Made by a program: the position numbers and the translations under genes. A stretch of DNA of 58,209 nt, the filler included, from Sphacelaria rigidula (taxonomy: Eukaryota): the NCBI GenBank assembly GCA_964200075.2. It is 7 parts of 7 records of this genome, joined end to end, with 100 filler letters (N's around TTAATTAATTAA, not from the genome) between each part and the next. Parts side by side here need not be neighbours in the genome. Positions count along the whole stretch, not along the records: positions 49,981 to 58,209 come from CAXNAA020011847.1; 6 more parts are not named here. The stretch is one strand, 5' to 3'. The notes under the pieces were generated by a model, which had not been told where the DNA came from, did no database searches, and saw only the letters and a list, made by a program, of their open reading frames with translations. Every line of letters begins with the position of its first letter. Position 1 is the stretch's first letter. Below, piece by piece: positions 51,780 to 58,209 of the stretch.

Positions 51780-52782
51780 GATGGGCAAGATGGACGTGAC
51801 CCTGAGCGTATGAGATGTATTCTGATGAACGTAGTTGCACCAGAGCTACAATGTGCAGGACGAGTATGGGAAAGGAGCGCGAAGTTCGTGAAGAGGCTGG
51901 AAACAGTACAAATAACATTACTGGGATGTTCAAAAAGCGCGGGTAATATACAGCATTAAGAGCAGAATTGAGAATGCGCCCACTCGAAAGAAAGAAATAT
52001 ATGAGAAATTTGAAATGTCTAATATGATCTGAGAAACATGCAAAAAATATATGTGGTCAGCTGTAGTTGGTAGGACGCCACGGAGGACGGTAGAGAGAGG
52101 GCAGGCTGGAACGAGGTGGGATGGCGTAATCGACAAAGTATGGGAGTATATAGGAAGGAACCGAGAAGGGATAATGCCCACAGGTGAATGTGGGGGGTGC
52201 AAGACAAACGTAAAACGAAAGGATGGACGTACGGGGAAAACAGGCGCCAAGACAGAAAGTGGACGAGGAGGAAGACCTGAAGATGTACGGCGGGGTTGAG
52301 AGAGGGGGTCGGGATGGCAAGATATCTACATGGCCGTATGGACCACGGAAAAGGCTGAAATTGCGATATCGGGTAGTGGACGTGGATGTGCCAGAAACAA
52401 GGGAGAGTTACACCAGCAGTCGGGTGGAGGAGGAAGTCGAGACATTACCGACGGAGATTAGAAACTCATAGATTGGGCGAGCAAGAACTATACGAGAAGA
52501 TGCGCGACGGGTCCGCGGAGGATATAAGGGAACAAAACGAGTGTGACATGGGATAGTTCGATACTTTAGATAGTATCGAGAAAACAATCGATAGAATCGG
52601 AGACAGGTCGTGGCCACAGACGGCGAAAGAGACAGGGGATGAAATACGTGAAAGAATATTTTGTTGTGTATGGATAGAACGTAATGAGCGCCCCAATCTT
52701 GGAGGTAACCCTGCTACGAGCAGGAACGGTGCTTCGTCTCGAGAGGGATGCGTGGTCAACGGTCGAATGACTAAGGCAGGCG
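51780..52782 (+). mobile_element. Degenerate 3' part of LINE family 2
   Basis: EEEDLKMYGG…KRLKLRYRVVDVDVPETRESYTSSR; tail GGGATGCGTGGTCAACGGTCGAATGACTAAGGC; left boundary approximate. Confidence 0.75.
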
Positions 52783-54702
52783 CGCTACCTCCATACTTCC
52801 TTTCTGACGGCAACTATCTCGACAAGAGTGAAGCGAATATTTTTCTCGCTCGTAATTTAGCGTCACTGTGCGCAGTACGTTAAGCAGGGTGCCAAAAGAT
52901 TAGCTCGTATCTTTGAAGTGAAGGTGGCCTGTACGCGATGAAAGAAATGTGTTAGGCGGGAGAAACAGTATCACAGAGGACCAGGAACATCTAGATCTGG
53001 CCTACTCTCGGTCAAAACAGGGTCCTCTCTCCCACGATCAAGTTCCGGAAACGTTTTCTGACATCAGGAACGTCCACACCACGCCATAAAGGAATAGAAA
53101 AAAAAGCTGCACCAGACCAACTGGCTCTTGTACTCACGTTGAAACCGATTGATCAACCTGCACCCGTGCAACAGCCACGCCCCACGTCCCGCGTGCTCTC
53201 TTACGTCGATTGCTGAGAACGCTCGAGGGTGGCCTCCCTCAGAAACCTATACTGAGTGCTCATTGGCAACACCCCCAATCTGCCTGATATTTGTTGTCAG
53301 CCGATCATGTAAAAAGCCCCCTCGAGTGATGAAGCTCGAAGGCGTTGCGAGATATACGCTGTACGGGTCTACTCGTAGACCCTGAGTCCCGTGACGCGTT
53401 GTTATCGCGTTTGCTATTGTCAGTAGTTGAGATTGTTCCGGCTTCGCCACAGGGCGTTAACCCATCTCAATCAGTTACCGGCTTGCCTTGGTCTCTACCC
53501 TGGGCCATTACTACGCTCTGCTCCTATGGCCGCGCCCCGGCTATACTGAGTAAGAGAGGCTTGTAGATATAACATGACGCTATGAAACACGTGAGTTCCT
53601 AATCACCAGTCTGCACTTGGATGAGCCTACTGTGTGATTGTTCTTGGTGGATAGCTATAGGTCGTACGTTGTGCCCACGTGGGAGCTTGGGTTAGCTGGA
53701 CCCAATGGTATCTCCTGGTACTCGTACTGAGAGATTCAGCCAGTGCGTTAGCTATCCCATCATCATAACACTCGCCCGTTCGTGAACAACTGATTAAGGT
53801 CGACGGTTGATATGCAGTGGGCATATCTTTTCATACGGGGTGTAAGTCGCTAACCGGAGAGAGCGTTCGCGAAAACGTGAAATAATACGACGTGGAAAAG
53901 ATCACCACCACGAGGTAGTTTGTAGCCGCGTACCTACATAGTCCCTCTGTCCCATCGTACGGCCGGTCATGGGGTGCAGATGATATCTCCCCAGCGGAGG
54001 GGCTCACCACACTATGGTTAGGCTCGTTGAAACGATACAACCATGAGGATGCTGACAGGAGAAAAGCAAATCGGAGTCGTAGTTTTTTACTGCGATATTT
54101 TAGGGCGAAGTTGCCCATGTTTGGGAAGCAGTTTTGAGATTTGGGGGGAGATTGTGTTCGAGGATGGTTCAGAACTGTCCGCCTTTTCAGTAGAGTCACG
54201 ACGAATAATCGTCCACTACCAACCACAACCACAGTGGCCTCCCCCGTGCACACGCCCACACGTCGTGAACGGGGCGCCGAGTTATCATTGGGCCGCCGCT
54301 GCGCGTATGACATTAAATATTGCACTGGTCGTTCCGCCAGGCAACTCAAGGGTGATCAAGGGTGTTCTAGGTCCGCTGACCGATCGCTACTGTGTTGGTC
54401 CCGAGTATCGACAAAAATGTGGAAAATCTGCAGAGCTGAGAAATACGACACCGAGGATCTCGATCTGTCAAACCAACGTCAGATGGGTGACCGTCGCTCC
54501 TTGCTGCAACAAAGGCGGCGGCACTGCGGACGGTCAACAAGCAGAATCGGTCGTTTACGTTCTCTCACCCCCCGGAATCGGCAGAATCGGGGCGAGGAAC
54601 CGCCATTTTTCGGGCCTACTGTTTACTCTTCGGCCCTTCGCCCACGTGGGGTAGTGTGTAAAACAAATGAAGACGATTTCAACTAGAACACGTCAAAGTT
54701 TT

Positions 54703-56252
54703 CACACGTCGGATGAGCACGAGTGTGACTCGTGGCAGTCGCACTCGTTGGGCTGCTCGTCGGCCGTGAAAATCAATAGGGCGAGCACTCGAGTCATTCC
54801 TCCCTGTGGAAAAAAATCACACATCGGACGAGCACTCGATTCATTGCTCTCTGTGAAAGAAACTAATAGGGCGAGCACTCGAGTCATTGCTCGTTGTGGA
54901 AACAAACTAATAGGGCGAGCACTCGAGTCGTTGCTCGTTCCGGAAACAAATTACCCCGTTGGGACCGGGCCTCCAGAACGACCAATGAGGCTGGTTAGGA
55001 ANNNNNNNNNNTTGCTGAAAATCCGCGTATGTAACCGCAGGGTTGAGAGGAAGACCGAAAGTTTCATACAATCTATATTCAGATGCAGGGTGCGCATTAG
55101 GTAACGTGCATCTGATGTAGCAAGCAGTATGTGTCGCCGTAGAGAGCTTCCAGCAGGGTGCGGCGACCGGCGGGCCGCCCGCCACGTGTGGCTTTGGATG
55201 GTATCATTGTCCCCATCACCTTGCCACGCAGCCCCTCGTGGTCGGGGTGGGCCGCCATTTCCCTCTTTGTTGCAGGCGACAAATTCTCTTCGAAGGGAAG
55301 AGGCGTTGGAGCGCACGTACACACAGTAGTACAGCAAAGTGCAGTACGCCTCTCCGACTGCACAGCAGCTGCCGCTGCATTCTCACTTGCACGTTCTGGG
55401 CAGTTATAAGCGACGGAGATCAGCTGCATATACACAGCTTGTTCATCCCCGCCCACTACATACATGTTCACACTGTTCTGCAAGTCATCGGAAGAGGGGT
55501 AATCATAATTCATGACGGTAGCTCCTTTACGTCTTTCCACGACCCACCTGGTTTTAGTGTCTCGTGAAAATGACCACATTGTGGCATGAACACTCCTTTC
55601 CCGGTTTTCCCATTCCGCCCTGTGTCATTGTAATTACAACGTTTTAGTAAAGGCTGGCGACCGAAAAACTCTACTGAATGCAAGAAATGCGATGAGCCAT
55701 GCTCCGAGCATCCTGGCATTGGAAACCTAGGGAAGCTTATCTGGGCCAGGGATAGGGCCCCCACACGATCTTTGCAGTGGCATCACACTCTGCAACAGTC
55801 CCCGCGCTCGTCGTTCGGGTCTGGTCGATAAATTTCGCCTCACCGTGATTGGGCAGGTCGCTCCCTGACTTTTTTTTATTAATTCACTACCTGTAACACA
55901 TGATCAACCCCGTATGAGTGGGGGGTCGGTCCCAAAAGGGTTAATAGGGCGAGCACTCGACTCATTGCTCGTTGTGGGGAAATAATAATACGGCGTGCAC
56001 TCGAGTCATTGCTCGTTGTGGGGAAAAAATAATGGGGCGTGCACTCGAGTCATCGCTTGTTGTGGAAAAAAGTAATAGGGCGAGCACTCGAGTCATAACT
56101 CGGTGTAAAAAAAAGTATTGACTGAAGCGCACGAGGCATTGCTGGTCGTAAAAAAAAGTAATGGCTCGAGCACACGAGTCACAGTCGTTGTGTTTTCAAA
56201 AAACATCCATGAGTGCACTCGTTTCGACGGGTAATGACTCGTCCGACGTGTG
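54703..56252. mobile_element. Palindromic-repeat TIR element, copy 2
   Basis: TIRs CACACGTCGGATGAG / CTCGTCCGACGTGTG; same end sequences and ~43-bp units (~4 left, ~6 right) as 31725-33173; TSD degenerate (AAAGTTTT/AAGGGTTC). Confidence 0.88.
54955..55940. mobile_element. piggyBac-type element inserted at a TTAA inside the repeat array
   Basis: TTA(C)|CCCGTTGGGACCG … CGGTCCCAAAAGGG|TTAA; removing it restores the unit junction AACAAATTAATAGGGCG seen at 31961. Confidence 0.75.
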
Positions 56253-56695
56253 AAGGGTTCACTCGATGTGGCGCGTAATCAACGAGAATTCACTTGCCGG
56301 GCTATCGAGTAGATGGACATTTCTCCCTTGATAAGACAATATACCAGATGTACGGCACACGCGGCCATTCGGCTACCCCCGTAAAATCCTCTATCGCGAT
56401 TTTCATCCTCTCGAGGGTAAAGTGATCCTCAGGAGGATATAATACCCTTAGGAGGGTATTTCATACTCGGTTCCGATCATGAAACGAATCCTCTGGAGGG
56501 CATCTGATGCTTCAGTGACCTCCGAGATCTGAATCCCCTCAGAATCTAGGGTCTGTCGAGCGAAAATTTTCGGACACGTAGGCCACCCCCCCACCCCCTC
56601 CCGGAGGGCATTTTTTTCGAAAATTGTCATGATTTTTTCGGTTTTGTTTTGTTGACTTTCTCGCAAGGAATTGATCAATAAACACTGTTTTGATT

Positions 56696-57038
56696 GTGTG
56701 TGTGTGTCTTGTCGTCCCCTTTATTCTGGCGCCAGTCTACCTCTTTCGGGATATGTGGGCGCATCGGCCGGGGTCACACAGGAGCTTTTTCTTTTTTATT
56801 TGTTTTTAGTACCCCACCGTCCTTCTGCGGTACTTGCCTTTTTATTTTTTATCGCGAGAGGGGATCAGCCGTCCCGTTCCCTCGTCGACCGTTAAGTCAA
56901 ACTTTGTGTACCCACGACATAGTCGCTCTCCACTGTTGGGTGTGGTGTAAGAAAAAATCCGAGATCGCTCAGGGAATCGAACTCCACAACTCAATCGTCA
57001 AGGGGTGACGAGGTTACCAACTGAGCCACCGGGGCGAC
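56696..57038 (-). mobile_element. Full-length tRNA-derived SINE
   Basis: Minus-strand head GTCGCCCCGGTGGCTCAGTTGG (A box) … GAGTTCGATTCC (B box), body shared with 20700-20962, (AC)n tail. Confidence 0.85.
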
Positions 57039-57346
57039 CGGCTGGTTACGTATGTTAACCTTGTTTCAAGAAATGGATGAATGAACGCTGACAAAAACGG
57101 AAAAGTCTGGTGGGCTTCGTGGGGTTCGTGTATCTGCTTCTGCTCCTTGCCCGTTCTGTCCCGAAGACCTCAGATGCCGGAGGGCAATTTCAAACAATTG
57201 GAATTATCCTGTTTTTCCCAATATTTTCTGTCAACTTTGTTGAAAGAAATTTATCAATGAACATTGACAAAATCCGAAGAGTTTGGTGGGCTTTGCGGGG
57301 TATATGTTTGCTTCTTCTCCTTTACATATTTATATATTTAGAATAA

Positions 57347-57694
57347 TGTGGGGAAGGCGTATCGCTAGAGTAGTCAGAGACCTACGGGGGAGACTGCCGT
57401 CCTGATGCCGAAGGAACTCCGAGGCTGGCGATGACTTCCTCTTGTATACGTAGGCAAGAAGTGGGTCAGACCAGAAGTGGGCGCCAGGGGCGACCCAGAC
57501 CTTGGAGGATGTTGGGCCGTCCTATATTAGGCTCTTCCTGGCATCACCCCGAGTTGTCTAGTTACGTCGGCATTACAGGGTCCTCGGGAATCTCGTCCAC
57601 TCGGATCGTTCCTACTTGTACCTGCTTGCTCTGGCTCTTAACACACGTGTGATCTCAGTCTCTGATGTGTCACTGCAAAGATGTATTCCCGACA
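57347..57694. mobile_element. Solo LTR (348 bp) in an AT-rich tract
   Basis: TGTGGGGAA … TTCCCGACA inverted TG..CA termini; sharp GC contrast with TA-rich flanks; TSD ATAA/ATAT imperfect. Confidence 0.65.
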
Positions 57695-57968
57695 ATATAT
57701 AATATATGATATAAGGATCATATGTTATATATTATATATAATTATATTATATAGTATATGCTGCCCCTTGATGAATATTCAAATATATAATTATATGTAA
57801 TATATTTATATTGCATATACTATATACAATGTAGTATATATTACGGAAAATAGGCATATGTGTAATATATGAAATATAGTATATGAAACATAGTATATGA
57901 TATGTAATATATGAAATATAGTAAATGAAATATAATATATGACATATAATATATCATAATGAATGTAT
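57695..57968. repeat. AT-rich low-complexity tract
   Basis: ATAT/ATATG degenerate repeats. Confidence 0.9.
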
Positions 57969-58135
57969 AAGGATCTCTACCATCTATGGCAGCTGACCGC
58001 ATCCGCCAACGCCTCGGCGAAAAACCAGGGGAAACACGGCTGGGTTTCCCCCCCCCCCTCAAAAATTCGAGATTTCGATTTTGGGGCTTACGTGTCCCGA
58101 AATATATTTTTGACAGACCCTTGTCAGAGTACCAG

Positions 58136-58209
58136 AATAATAGTAATAGTAATAATAATACTCATAATAATAATAATACTCATAATAATAATAATAATAA
58201 TAATAATAA
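58136..58209 (+). repeat. (TAA)n microsatellite at contig end
   Basis: Direct reading. Confidence 0.95.

Larger units (their letters stand above)
56547..58122. mobile_element. Possible old TIR element hosting a SINE and a solo LTR
   Basis: AGGGTCTGTCGAGCGAAAATTTTCGGACACGTAGGCC versus reverse complement of GGCTTACGTGTCCCGAAATATATTTTTGACAGACCCT; TSD only partial. Confidence 0.5.

Noticed and set aside
53985..54020. Helitron Rep motif (PQRRGSPHY)
   Set aside because: Lacks the conserved E and second H, is followed by a stop, and no other Rep or helicase motifs are evident.
56960..57038. Functional tRNA gene
   Set aside because: Has A/B boxes but no convincing acceptor stem, and continues into a repeated body and tail, i.e. 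a SINE.
1..58209. Fanzor/TnpB or other RNA-guided nuclease
   Set aside because: No RuvC plus zinc-finger motif set found in the provided ORFs; a fragmented copy cannot be excluded without an HMM search.

Overview
Eukaryotic, repeat-rich DNA whose style (GC-rich exons, AC-rich intron ends, polyQ tracts, TE families) suggests a brown alga (Ectocarpus-like); this is inference. The window is NOT one locus. It is seven contigs of 8230 bp (the last is 8229 bp) joined by identical 100-nt N44-TTAATTAATTAA-N44 linkers, so adjacency across linkers is meaningless. Host content is fragments of spliced genes: a RecQ1-like first exon, a decaying polyQ gene with a repeated unrecognised domain, an Sfi1-like coiled-coil gene with a GC-AG intron, an F-box/LRR gene and one importin-11 exon. 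Mobile content: a decayed Copia inserted into a Gypsy RT remnant, two LINE families, tRNA-derived SINEs, solo LTRs and many non-autonomous TIR elements (hAT, piggyBac, Tc1/mariner-type) with readable TIRs and TSDs. The most unusual items are (i) a TIR element built of ~43-bp palindromic repeats, in two copies, each with a different insert inside the array (one carries a miRNA-like hairpin, the other is a piggyBac relic), (ii) a short element with terminal direct repeats that shares its 3' end with a LINE and sits in poly-C tracts, and (iii) several long near-perfect hairpins. I found no intact novel enzyme system and no true CRISPR array. Protein-family calls come from recalled motifs, not database searches.
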